64,000 nucleotides of DNA from Octopus sinensis (GCF_006345805.1 NC_043011.1:2976001-3040000), one strand, 5' to 3'. Positions 27,722-40,234 are shown, counted from the first letter of the stretch. Notes: generated by a model not told the origin, from the sequence alone. A program made the numbers and translations.

Positions 27722-28142
27722 GTGCAGGAGTGGCTGTGTGGTAAGTAGCTTGCTAACCAACCACATGGTTCCGGGTTCAGTCCCACTGCGTGGCATCTTG
27801 GGCAAGTGTCTTCTGCTATAGCCCCAGGCCAACCAATGCCTTGTGAGTGGATTTGGTAGACGGAAACTGAAAGAAGCCTGTCGTATATATGTATATATAT
27901 ATATGTATGTGTGTGTGTGTGTTTGTGTATCTGTGTTTGTCCCCCTAGCATTGCTTGACAACCGATGCTGGTGTGTTTACGTCCCTGTCACTTAGCGGTT
28001 CGGCAAAAGAGACCAATAGAATAAGTACTGGGCTTACAAAGAATAAGTCCTGGGGTCGATTTGCTTGACTAAAGGCGGTGCTCCAGCATGGCCGCAGTCA
28101 AATGACTGAAACAAGTAAAAGAGTAAAGAGAGAAAGAGTAAA
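27722..28142 (+). mobile_element. SINE family A, full length
   Basis: Head, core and tail present. Confidence 0.92.
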
Positions 28143-28479
28143 TCCAAAATTTGAACTTGAAGATTCTGTGTTCTTTTTAGATAAAATAACATCATTAATT
28201 TTCACATATATATAACTAGTAACAAGGGAAAAGAAAAAAATTTGAATCCGAGCAAGACAGACATACTGCCAAAATATTGTTCAGTTCAATAAGCAGAGTC
28301 AATCTTTATTCCTCACAAATCAGATTGTACTCCTCTTATTGTGTACTTACTTTCAGGGAAGAGTTATGCCAATCTTTATAAACTTATTATTATTCACTTA
28401 ACTGATTTATCAATGTCTATGTCACATTTCAGCTCCATCTTGCAGCTCAGAAATGAAACACTTTCCTCAACAAAAGCTA

Positions 28480-28745
28480 TTCTAAGTATCACAACTATCT
28501 GATTACTTCCTAAGAAGTTTGGGATTTGCAGCTTTTGATGCCAGAATATTGCTCTCTTTGAGATCGATTAAGTATACCAATCACAATAGGTACCACACGC
28601 ACTTTTGAGGGTCTATGAATTTTTAAAATTTCCAATCATAAGTCTTGGTACTTCCCAACTTTTTCACCTGCTGTCCTAGCAATATTTTGGTCTGCAGGTA
28701 TAGCTATGTTGATGCAGGTCCATTCTTTGGACTCCTTCAGTCAAA
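28480..28745 (-). pseudogene. Decayed RLE endonuclease C-terminus of an R2-group (Hero/R4-like) LINE
   Basis: Minus frame WTCINIAIPADQNIARTAGEKVGKYQDL*LEILKIHRPSKVRVVPIVIGIL matches the RLE pattern (D/E..EK..KY.DL..EI...VPIVIG). Confidence 0.75.
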
Positions 28746-28852
28746 GAGTGATATCTGGACGATTATGTTGCAACTTTTTGCCTGGACATATTGATATATC
28801 CCATGTGAGACCCACCCATCATCATCATCATCCTCATCATCATTATAATTAA

Positions 28853-29070
28853 GGCGGTGGGCTGGCAGAATCGTTAGTATACTGGATGAGATGCTTAGAA
28901 GTATTTCATCTGACTTCACGTTCTGAGTTCAAATTCCACCAAGGTCTATTTTGCCTGTTATCCTTTCGGAGTTGATAAATTAAGTGCCAGTTGTGTACTG
29001 GGGTCAATTTTAATCGACTATCCCCCTCCCCAAAATTTCAGGCCTTGTGCCTAGAGTAGAAAGGATTATA
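28853..29070 (+). mobile_element. SINE family B variant
   Basis: ggcggtgggctggcagaatcgttag...tcctttcggagttgataaattaagtgccag. Confidence 0.75.
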
Positions 29071-29085
29071 ATTATTATTATTATT

Positions 29086-29640
29086 GAGTGGTAGAGCAGT
29101 GCATGCCATCAAAGTGACACTGGGGTAAAATATACGAAGCCCAGTATACCCATCACGACTACCCGTCAGATAAGGGTACACCAGGCACATGCATCACAAC
29201 CATATGTGCGCGACATGGTGATCTCATATCAAGATAAACAGCACATGACCTTGCAGGTGGGGCCCAGTTAGAATTTTCTTCTGGTCGAGTAGCCCATCCC
29301 GCTCAAAAGGTCCCTGAATAAGGATTGTTTAAGGATGTTGAACGAAACACCTATGTTTCCAAAGGTGAATTATCCAAACCTCCAAGAACCCCTTTCAATA
29401 CACGGTCATGATGCTCCCCCACTACTTCTGCTCGTGATCAGAGATGCACATATCGTCAGCCACTAAGGGACATGCTCAACTGGTTAAGGTCAAACAACTG
29501 ACAAATAAATCTGTGGTATTGAACAGAATATTTGCTGTAGCCCATCTTTTTATACCTAGACAAAACAATGTACATGATAACACTTCCAATCAGTTAAGAT
29601 CAGGAGCCATGAGAGCCACCGTCTGGTACTGCATCAGGGC

Positions 29641-29643
<3 letters not shown>
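29086..29643 (-). mobile_element. About 560-bp retroelement-like insertion flanked on both sides by (TTA)n
   Basis: GC-richer block with sharp edges between (att)n at about 29068-29085 and (tta)n from 29644. On the minus strand it ends ...ctaccactc(aat)n. No ORF. Confidence 0.55.
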
Positions 29644-29692
<49 letters not shown>

Positions 29693-29770
29693 GTTGTTGT
29701 TGTTGTTGTTGTTGCTGTTGCTGTTGCTGTTGTTGTTGTTGTTGTTGTTGTTGTTATTATTATTATTATT
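29644..29770. repeat. (TTA)n/(TTG)n/(CTG)n compound trinucleotide repeat
   Basis: Seen directly. Confidence 0.95.
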
Positions 29771-30872
29771 GAACATGTGGTAATTTAAGGCAAATCTATC
29801 CTGCATTACCTGCTACACCTCCATGTTGCTGGTGTGTGTGTAGCATTGTGTGTTCTTTTTTGTTGTTGTTGGGAGGAATGCAAACTCTTCCCAGCATTGT
29901 ATTGTGTCAGCTTGTTTGTTTGGGTTGTGTTATGTTGGCAGGGAGTCGATAGAATTATTACCATGCCAGACAAAATACTCAGAGGTATTTCTTCTGGCTT
30001 ATTATATTCTGAGTTCAAATGCTGCTGAGGTTGGCTGCCTTTCATCCTTTTAGGCTTCATCATCATCATCATCATCGTCGTTTAGCGTCCGTTTTCCATG
30101 CTAGCATGGGTTGGACGGTTCTACTGGGGTCTGTGAAGCCAGAAGGCTTCATCAGGCCCAGTCAAATCTGGCAGTGTTTCTACGGCTGGATGCCCTTCGA
30201 TGAATTATATACCAGTTGAGGACTGGATTTGCTGTAATTGACTTAACCCCACTCCCTTAAAAAGTATTGGCTTTAATGCCAAAAATTACATAAAATTTTT
30301 TTTTCATTGTTGGAGGTAGATTGACAGAATCATTAGAATCTGGGACAAAATGCTTTGCTGTATTTAATGTTCTGACTTCAGATTTCACAAAGGTCAACTG
30401 TGCTTTTCATTCTTTTCACTTTTCACTCAATAAAAGACTAGCCAATTACTTGGGTCATAATAATCAACTTTTCTTTCCTAACAAAATTTCTGGCCTTGTG
30501 CCTTTGATAAAAATCATTATTGATAGGTTAGTGGATAGGCAAACTCTTTGAACAAATGCCTTACATTAATTCGTCCCAGTTATTTATGTTGTGAGTTCAA
30601 ATTCTGCTAATGTCACTGTTGCTTTCATCTTTCCAAGAGCATAAAATTAAAGTACCAATTAATTACAGAGGTCAATTTAATTGACTTAGCCCCTCCACTC
30701 ATACATTTATTAAAAAAAAAACATTATTTTCTTTATTATTAGTATTTGATGAATGTCAGGATCAGTGAAACATTGATAAAATATTCTAGCATATTTAACT
30801 ATGCAATGGTGGTGGTGGTGGTTGTAATGTTGGTATTATTGTGTGATATTATTGGTGGTGGTGGTATTATTC

Positions 30873-31103
30873 GGCGAGCTGGCAGAATCGTTAGCACGCC
30901 GGGCGAAATGCTTAGTGGTATTTCGTCTGCCGTTACATTATGGGTTCAAATTCCGCCAAGGTCGACTTTGCCTTTCATCCTTTCGGGGTCGATTAAATAA
31001 GTACCAGTTACACACTGGGGTCGATATAATTGACTTAATCCGTTTGTCTGTCCTTGTTTATCCTCTCTGTGTTTAGCCCCTTGTGGGTAGTAAAGAAATA
31101 GGT
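30873..31103 (+). mobile_element. SINE family B, full length
   Basis: ggcgagctggcagaatcgttagc...gcctttcatcctttcggggtcgattaaataagtacc...gtgggtagtaaagaaatagg. Confidence 0.9.
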
Positions 31104-32563
31104 ATTATTATTGTGTGGAGGCTTCAGTTGTTAGACATTGGTTCGGTTACTGGTAGCAGCAGCAATGGCGGTGGCGGCAGCAGTGGTGGTAGTGGTGGTG
31201 GTAGAGGCAGCACTGGTGATGTTGTAGAACTACTGATGTATCAGGTCAGGATATGAGTGCTTGAAGGAAATAAAAAAAACACTCAAGAAACCTTTGATGA
31301 TAATGATCAAAAGTGTTCTGGCCACACCAGCTCTAACTTTTATACAAATATCATAAGTATAATAATACAACTATTTTAGGATGGGCTGGTAATACTTAAT
31401 GGAAATTAAGCTGCCCTTCCCACCAAATCAAGCTAACAGTGGCTAAAAAATGCTTCAATTGTTGTTCCTCTTGTTGTTGTTGTCCAGACCCAGGTCAGCC
31501 CTGATCAAGCAGATCTATCATCAAAGATGTTCCACCTTTGCCATCATAATTTTTTGTCTTTTTGTGTTTCTGTAACTACACTTGTTCAGCATGTCCTTCT
31601 TATGTCAAGACAGTAGTGTGTAATTTGAGGGAATTTGGTTGATATACCTAACTGCTTGTAGGCGACTAGCTATCATGTTGATGGTGAATATGTTGTGGTG
31701 ATGTCCTCTGTAATAGTGGTTATAGTGAAAACAGTGATGATGATGATGATGACATGATGGAGGCTTGAAAACGGCGATGATAATCTGAGCAATTGAAAAT
31801 GTTCAACAGAGAAAGTTGATAAATTTCTTAATTTGAAAAGGAAAAGTTAAAAACAGAATAAACAGAAAGGAAACAAGAAGCATTTTTCTTTCTCTAAATT
31901 ATTCATAGAATTAGCAAAGGAATACTTTTTCTCATTTCTCTTCAATTTTTGTAAAATTTAATCTGTTTCTTCCTTTCAGAATTTTGACATTTGTAAGTTT
32001 TGGAATTTAGTGATATTCTTTAGATAATAAGGAGTTTATAACTTTGTGATTTGATTTTATTAATTAATCCTTTGATAAAAAGAAGCAGAAACATTTTCAA
32101 TGCAAAACAGCAGGAAGAAATTTGACTGGGAAAAAATCATTGATAATAATGACGACTGTTGATGGGGGGGGGGGAGTAGCAGGAGTGGTGGTGGAAGGAA
32201 TTGCAGTGGCAGTGGCAGCAGCAGCAGTGGTGTGAAAATGGGAAAAATGAATGGGGATGATAATGATGATGTGAAGATGTTCTTTGTCATGGTAATAGTT
32301 AAGGACATGGCAGTACTACTAGTGAAACTAGTGTTAGAGGTAGTATTAATGTGTAGGTGGTGGTGGTTATTGTTGTAGTGATGAATATCTTAGGAACTCC
32401 ATGACCATTGAAAAGAGATTAGAATTCATTAGATCCCTTAGTTTTTCTGTACTGTTGACACATACATCATTCCTAATATCTCATTTCAAAATGTTTTTAT
32501 TTTGTGGTGAAGGTCACTTGGTAATGTAAAGAACAGATTCTTAATGAGGCAATAAAAAGTTTC

Positions 32564-32969
32564 GGATCTTTTTGGTTTGAATGGCAGTTTTTAACATAAT
32601 TTCTAGGTAACTAAAAAATTTTAAACTTCGTATACTCGTAGAATGTGTTTATAAAACATCTTTTTCTCTTGGCTTTATTGAGAAAATTCTGTAGTTTGTA
32701 AGATATTTGTAAGATATTTTCTTCAATTTCTGCAATTTCAACTAATCAATGACCGTCTATTGAGGTGAAAACATTCTGTGCCGTATGAATATGTCCCTCA
32801 TTTAAGAAACAGATTGGGTTTATTTACATTTGTGAAGAAAAAAACATACCCTCCTCCCCCTAACCCTAACCCTAACCCTAAGACAGATAGAAATGCAATA
32901 GATCGATACTAGGGTCACAATTTCATATGACACCGCTAGAAAAAACTGCCGTACAAACCGAAAAGATCC
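32564..32969. mobile_element. Non-autonomous DNA transposon (MITE) with 29-bp TIRs and 8-bp TSD, Merlin-like
   Basis: TIR GGATCTTTTTGGTTTGAATGGCAGTTTTT versus its reverse complement at 32941-32969 (3 mismatches). TSD AAAGTTTC at 32556-32563 and 32970-32977. Internal (CCCTAA)4 at 32858-32881. Confidence 0.85.
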
Positions 32970-34166
32970 AAAGTTTCTTTTAGTCATTCTTAATTTCTTG
33001 AAATTATCTCCCCACTTTTAGGGGTGACTAATAATTATGACTGAGGTTTTTAACCTTTTCTATTCTTTATTCAAAGTAGGAATTCAATTGAGACATTTTT
33101 TTGCACACACACCATTCAGTGTATTCTAACTTAAATTACTCATGGCTTATATGTCTGATCATTTATTTTCTTATAGTATGAAAGAATATTAACATTCTGG
33201 ATGTCAGGATTTTAATAAGACAAATGGAATTATACTTGAGATTTAGAATGTTAGTAGATAGAGGGCAAACTATATTTGGCATTCAAAGATGTTACTGAAT
33301 TTTTTACACTTCCAAAAGTTTATGTTCAAGTGAAGAGTCTCTGTTTTGCTTTTCAAAGCAGTCATTTCATTTGTGCAAATATTGGTAAAGGTGAAATTTT
33401 GTTGGTTATGAAAAGATTTTTATTCTCTCTAAAAAGATGAAATAATGTAATGTAGTTAGCTTACAGCTTCACATCTGCCACCTTTTATGAGCCAATGAAG
33501 TACTCTCTACACAGTGACTTAGACTGCTAAAAATTGTAGACAAATCCCTCCAAGATTATATGCAATAATTTTAAAACAGGAATGATGCATTAAATGATGT
33601 AGCAGCCTGGTAAAAAATGGCATTAGAATGCTTTCTGATCTGGGCCTAAACAACAACAATAATAACAGCTTTTCCATCCTTTGATCCTAAAGTAATATTG
33701 AAGTATTGGAAATATTGTATTTAGGACCCTAAAATGCTATCAGCTGGAAAAATCCCTTATTTCAGAACCCTAAAATTTAAGGGGATGATGCATAGAGACC
33801 TTGCAGCAAGTCTTAAAAGGGGTGAATTTGAATCCTAAAAGGTTATTGGAAGAGGCATCCTCTATATTTGTTTTCTTTATTTTTTTACTATTCTGCGACG
33901 ATCCTGAACATTTACAGGGGTGAAGAGACAATTATACTTTAGATTTAAAATGTTAATTATTTGAGTAAAAATTGATACAGTTTTGAGAGTCTGAACTTTG
34001 TAAAGACATTCTTTGTTGATGCAGCTATACATGCCATTATTGTTATGCTGATGAGGATGGCAATGGGTATTGTAGTACATTAAATGATGAACAAGATGGT
34101 TGTACATGTTGAAGACTGGATTATTATTTCCTGTTAGATGTGTGCTCTTTGTGCTGTTGTTAAGCT

Positions 34167-34426
34167 CAGTGGTTCTCAACTAGGATCCATGTGGCCTTTT
34201 GGAGTTCACATAAGATTTTATTGTTAAAATTTAGGTGCAAGAAATTGGTTGTACAAATACAACACACAAAATATTTTAATAATATTTTAAAAAATACAAA
34301 TCCTAATAATATTTAATTATAAAAATACAACATCGTTTTTTTTTTTTAGATATTGAAGGGCTAAGAAGGTTCGTTTGAGTAAAATATCAAAAGGGTCCAT
34401 AGGTAAGAAAAAGTTGAGAAACACTG
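34167..34426. mobile_element. hAT-like MITE
   Basis: Termini CAGTGGTTCTCAAC...GTTGAGAAACACTG; TSD not clear. Related copy at 57951-58205. Confidence 0.7.
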
Positions 34427-35904
34427 GCTTAACCCTACACCAGTTCTGATTGATCTTCGTCAAAGGAATTCCAACCAACGTCATTTTTACAAAGCATTGT
34501 ATATTATTTAATGTATACTCTTTAACTCTTAAACTAGTTTCAACTCAAGGGCTGTGGCAATGCTGGGACCACCATTTTTATTTTCGAGACAGCAAGTTAT
34601 AGTCCTAAGGAGATTAAGCTGTCTTCTGTTAGTGCAACAGGTGACAGTGATTGTTAGTTTTAAAGATATTTGAAATTTTGTTACTGTTATTTAACAACAT
34701 TCCAGCCCTTTAATGACAGTTGACTTCTCTTAGACATGTTGTATAACACAAATTGATTTGTTGCTTATACTTCAGTTGAGTGATGCAAAAATTACTGGAC
34801 TGAAATCTGAGACTTCTAATAATAGTGAACTGGCTGAATAGGAACAAATTCTAGAACAGAACTGGCCTTACTCTGTGTCTTGCACAACACTTATCCAGGC
34901 AGTTCTATTTAATGAGCATGAAGTTGTTGTTTCACAGGCAATGAGGTAACAAATTATTAATTATATACATGAATGGCATTTAAATTGCTCAATGTGTGTA
35001 ATGGGAGCAACGGAATTACTGTATTGATCTGCAATGTTGGCAGATATCATTGCATTATCTACCAGCTGGGATACCTGTATTGAATATCAAAGAAATCAGA
35101 AAAAGGAAAAACTTGAATCACTGTTGGAATTACTCTGGCCAGCTATGGAGCAAATTTGCTTTAGCACAAAGTCTTTCAGCTTTTTGGGGTTTTTTTTTTC
35201 CTGTGGTAAATCACAGTGGATGCATTGAATATAGTAAACTGCTAGATCTAAAAATCCAAACAACTGTGAAACATTATAAATCTCAATTTGTGAGACAATA
35301 TTTGAGTGAAATTTGTGAAAAAATACTGGCCTGCAATTTAACAAATTGATTGAAGAATTCTCAAGCATATCACACTTTGAGTAAAGAAACATAATCAGAA
35401 TTTTAAAACAACTTTTAATGAAAGTAGATAAAAATATCTTTCCAATTTAGGCTGCATGAATGCGCTTATTTGAGGTATGGCTGTGAGGATTTAAAAGTTT
35501 TATTTACAGCATACAGCACCTAGGGAAAGTAACCTACAATAACCCAGGGATGATCAAAGTTTTGGTTTTGTGAACAGAAACTAGAGGTCCATTCTAAATA
35601 CATACACAGGCATATAAATATACATAAATACATACATACATACATACATACATACATACATACATACATACATACATACATACATACATGCATGCATGCA
35701 TGCATACATACATACATACATACATGTATGTGTGTATAGAAATAATTGAGATTCAGTTGAATTAGGTTCTTCAGTTGAAGCACCAAGCCAGTCTGATGAT
35801 AGCCCTGCATTTAAATTGATGTAATAATTGCACTGTTCAAATAATTGGAGCTGCTTGAAACAGTCATACTGCATCACTTCTTGATATTGCATTGCTCATT
35901 TTGA

Positions 35905-36098
35905 TTTTATATGTGTGTGTACATATATATATATATGTGTGTGCATGTATGTATGTATGTATGCATGTATGTATGTATGTATGCATGTATGTATGTATGT
36001 ATGTATGTATGTATGTATGTATGTATGTATGTATGCATGCATGTATGTATGTATGTATGCATGTATGTATGTATGTATGTATGTGTGCATGTGTGTGT

Positions 36099-36139
<41 letters not shown>

Positions 36140-36140
36140 T
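35905..36140. repeat. (TATG)n/(TG)n microsatellite
   Basis: Seen directly. Confidence 0.95.
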
Positions 36141-36339
36141 GTGATCATCATCAGCATTTAACATTGCTTTGACAGGAGCTGGCTAAGCAGAAGACTGCAC
36201 CATATTTCACTGTCTGTTTTGTCATGGTTTTTACAGCTGGATGCCCTTCCTAACACCAACCACTCTGCAAAGTAGACTGAGTGCCCATAATGTGGGACCA
36301 GCACAGGTGAGATTGGTTTTGGCATAGGTTTTTTTTACG

Positions 36340-36795
36340 CTTCTTTCAGTTTCCATCTACCAAATCCATTTACAAGGCCTTGGTCAGCCCAAGGTTAAAG
36401 TAGAAGACAGTTACTCAAGCTGCCACACAGTGGGACTGAACCTCGAACAATGTGGTTCAGAAGCAAGCTTCTTACTGCACAGCCACACCTGTGCCTATAT
36501 ATATATATATATATATATATAAAGATGCAGGAGTGGCTGTGTGGTAAGTAGCTTGCCTACCAACCACATGGTTCCAGGTTCAGTCTCACTGTGTGGCACT
36601 TTGGGCAAGTGTCTTCTACTATAGCTTCGGGCTGACCAAACCTTGTGAGTGGATTTGGTAGACAGAAACTGAAAGAGACCGATAGAATAAGTACTAGGCT
36701 TCAAAAGAATAAGTTCTGAGATCAATCTGCTCGACTAAAGGCGGTGCTCCAGCATGGCCACAGTCAAATGACTGAAACAAGTAAAAGAGTAAAGA

Positions 36796-36797
<2 letters not shown>
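36340..36797. mobile_element. Head-to-head pair of family A SINEs around (TA)n
   Basis: Minus 5' half at 36340-36495; plus, internally deleted copy at 36524-36797. Confidence 0.8.
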
Positions 36798-36831
<34 letters not shown>

Positions 36832-37429
36832 GCTGCTAAGAAACAAACATTATTTAAAACAGTGAATTCTGTTTTAAATGAATACTGATGAGCATGAGAA
36901 ATTACATAATGTTGACATAATCAACAATCTTGTGTTATGCAATAGAATTGTTGCAAAATTTAGAACCATTTGTTTCATCTCTTGCTACAATTGCTTCAAG
37001 GCATAACAAGCATTCTCCTCTTTGTAGAACTCTAGTAAACAATTGGAATAGTGAATTACAAATCAACAGTAAGTGGTCTTCATCACTGCTTTAAAACTGA
37101 TAATGGATTGCTTCACTGTAAGCTCTGCAGGATTCTGTCAAGCCTATTGGTGATGTACTATAAGTTTGTATGCCTTGATTCTATATGAATCCTATATAAC
37201 AACAATATATATATATATATATATTACAAAACACACAAAAGACAAAGACAGGTGTAGTAACAACTAACAGGTGTATTAGTTTTAAACTTGGGAAGGAGAG
37301 AAAGGCTTTTATGTTCCGAGCCTATGCCCTTCAACAGGAAGGAACACAAGAAAATAAGCAGAGAGAGAATAGAAAAAGCTTTAGCAGCTAGTGGTCAATC
37401 GTGGTGGTTAGCTGGACAGAGGTGGTCCT

Positions 37430-37950
37430 CAACACAACACACAACGCACCACATATCACCACACCACAATACAACACAACACACTACACCACATCACACT
37501 ACCCAGCACACACTAGAAATGACCCCTTCCCCACCCCCCACCCCTCACATTCCCACACCCACCCTCCCATCCCCCTACACACACTTCCATCCCCACACCC
37601 CATCCTTGAAACCCCCACACCCCAACACTGCCACACCACACCACACCACACAACACTACACTACATCATGCCACACCACATGCCACCACACTACCCATCC
37701 ACATCACAACACAACACACAACCCACATCACCACACGACCACACCACAAATCACCACACCACCACAACACACCACAACATACCACACATCACCACCCCAC
37801 ACCGCCACACCACATCGCACCAGCCCGCACACATTAGCACTGACCACTTCCCAGCACCCACACTATCATCCACACATCTACACATGCACATATCCACACG
37901 TGAAAGTCACCAGCCCCTATCCACACACACACACACACTTTTACATACAC
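37430..37950. repeat. CAC/ACC-rich low-complexity tract
   Basis: Degenerate (cacacca/caccac)n; explains the H/T/P-rich ORFs 37288 and 37401. Confidence 0.9.
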
Positions 37951-38377
37951 ATGCACGCGCACCTTTGTTTTGGGATTACCACTACTTTATTATCTCACCT
38001 TCTTCCTAGCTCCTATCTGACCTCTGTCCAGCCAGCCACCATGATTGACCACTAAAGCTTTTTTATTGTCTCCCACTTTATTTTCTCATGCTCCTTTCCG
38101 ATGAAGAGCATAGGCTTGAAATGAAAAAATCTTTCTCAACTTCCTGAGCATTAAACTAATACACCTGTCTTTGTCTTTTGTTTTTTTTGTAAATTCCAAA
38201 CATATAGGCTTTTTAAAATACAGGTCTAACTCATTTTTGCCAGCTGAGTGGGCTGGAGTAATGTGAAATAAAGTGTCTTGCTCAAGGACACAATGCACCA
38301 CTGGGAGTTGAACTTATGACCTTACAATCATGAGCTGAATACCCTAACCACTGAGTCACATGTTTTCACTATATATA

Positions 38378-38427
<50 letters not shown>

Positions 38428-38726
38428 AATATAAATATATATACACACACACACACCTACCTGCTACATACATACATACATACACACACACACGCACACA
38501 TGCACACATACACACACACATATATATATTCTCTTATTCCTTTCTGTTGAAGAGCATAGGATCAAAACTTTTATTTCTGTAACTTCTTATCTTTATTTGA
38601 ATTTTTATCTGAATTATGGCTTGTACTGTAGAGTCCAGTGAAACTAAACATACCTAATTTAAACATATTTATGGGATTTAAAAATTAAAATATAGTTTAT
38701 TGTATTAAATGTTGATAAAGTTATAA

Positions 38727-38823
38727 TGGCCTGATGATTGGGCTGGCATCTTGAGAGGGGTTCCAGGGAAACACAGAGCGGTTTAGGAACCCAAGGATGT
38801 ACCTCATGAAACATGTGTAGCCA
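38727..38823 (+). ncRNA. Candidate type I hammerhead ribozyme with long stem II
   Basis: TGGC(38727)-CTGATGA-[about 70-nt hairpin incl. GGGTTCC/GGAACCC and GCATC/GATGT]-GAAA(38808)-CATGTG-TA-GCCA(38823). Stem I is TGGC/GCCA; the 10.1-11.1 position is U-U. Confidence 0.55.
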
Positions 38824-39104
38824 AGGAATAAAACAGTAGGTATAAAAATAAAAAATAAAAAATAAAAAATAAAAATAAAAATTCTTATTATTTGGTGAGA
38901 AGTAGGGGTATACTATCTATAAATTAAAATATACATATATATATTAATTGTTATCGCCATATTAATATGGCATTCTTATAGATATAAGAATAATCGCTGC
39001 CATGGTCAGCTCCATGAGGCCACCGCCATCAAGATAGCTATTGATACACGATCTGTATCCATTATAACCTTCGAACAAGGGAGGTCAGCCGCTTCACACT
39101 GCCA

Positions 39105-39164
39105 GTCCGACAGCTACAGACGCGTTTCGGGGTATTGCCCCTTGTCAATGTAGCGCAGTCAGAC
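39105..39164 (-). ncRNA. Type I hammerhead ribozyme (U3-A8 variant), intact
   Basis: Minus: GTCTGAC-TGC-GCTACA-TTGACAA-GGGG-CAATA-CCCC-GAAA-CGCG-TC-TGTAGC-T-GTCGGAC. Predicted cut between 39119 and 39118. Confidence 0.85.
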
Positions 39165-39811
39165 CGCAGGTGTCGCCACTGACGTCTCTGTTCGAAGGCT
39201 TATATTTACCTAGTTTCAGTGGAATACATCCACTTGTTTTCAATAATAGAAATATTAAAATTACTAAGTCTCTATAAAAGAGATTATGGCAGCGTTTACT
39301 GGAAATTAATTGTTATCGCCATATTAATATGGCATTCTTATAGATATAAGAATAATCGCTGCCATGGTCAGCTCCATCAGGCCAACGCCATCAAGATAGC
39401 TATTGATACACGATCTGTATCCATTATAACCTTCGAACAAGGGAGGTCAGCCGCTTCATACTGCCAGTCCGACAGCTACAGACGCGTTTCGGGGTATTAC
39501 TGTCGGACTGGCAGTGTGAAGCGGCTGACCTCCCTTGTTCGAAGGTTATAATGGATACAGATCGTGTATCAATAGCTATCTTGATGGCGTTGGCCTGATG
39601 GAGCTGACCATGGCAGCGATTATTCTTATATCTATAAGAATGCCATATTAATATGGCGATAACAATTAATTTCCAGTAAACGCTGCCATAATCTCTTTTA
39701 TAGAGACTTAGTAATTTTAATATTTCTATTATTGAAAACAAGTGGATGTATTCCACTGAAACTAGGTAAATATAAGCCTTCGAACAGAGACGTCAGTGGC
39801 GACACCTGCGG

Positions 39812-39871
39812 GTCTGACTGCGCTACATTGACAAGGGGCAATACCTCGAAACGCGCCTGTAGCTGTCGGAC
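39812..39871 (+). ncRNA. Hammerhead copy with GUC->GCC cleavage-site mutation
   Basis: GCTACA-TTGACAA-GGGG-CAATA-CCTC-GAAA-CGCG-CC-TGTAGC. Confidence 0.75.
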
Positions 39872-40174
39872 TGGCAGTGTGAAGTGGCTTACCTCCCTTA
39901 TTCGAAGGTTATAATGGATACAGATCGAGTATCAATAGCTATCTTGATGGCGGTGGCCTCATGGAGCTGACCATGGCAGCGATTATTCTTATATCTATAA
40001 GAATGCCATATTAATATGGCGATAACAATTAATTTCCAGTAAACGCTGCCATAATCTCTTTTATAAAGACTTAGTAATTTTAATATTTCTATTATTGAAA
40101 ACAAGTGGATGTATTCCACTGAAACTAGGTAAATATAAGCCTTCGAACAGAGACGTCAGTGGCGACACCTGCGG

Positions 40175-40234
40175 GTCTGACTGCGCTACATTGACAAGGG
40201 GCAATACCTCGAAACGCGCCTGTAGCTGTCGGAC
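40175..40234 (+). ncRNA. Hammerhead copy with GUC->GCC cleavage-site mutation
   Basis: Same two substitutions as 39812-39871. Confidence 0.75.

Noticed and set aside
32858-32881. (CCCTAA)n as a telomere or fusion scar
   Set aside because: Short and internal to a TIR/TSD-bounded MITE.
36883-36905. CTGATGAG...GAAA hammerhead-like string
   Set aside because: No stem II or stem I pairing.
37288-38055. 255-aa H/T/P-rich ORF
   Set aside because: Open only because the CAC/ACC low-complexity tract lacks stop codons.
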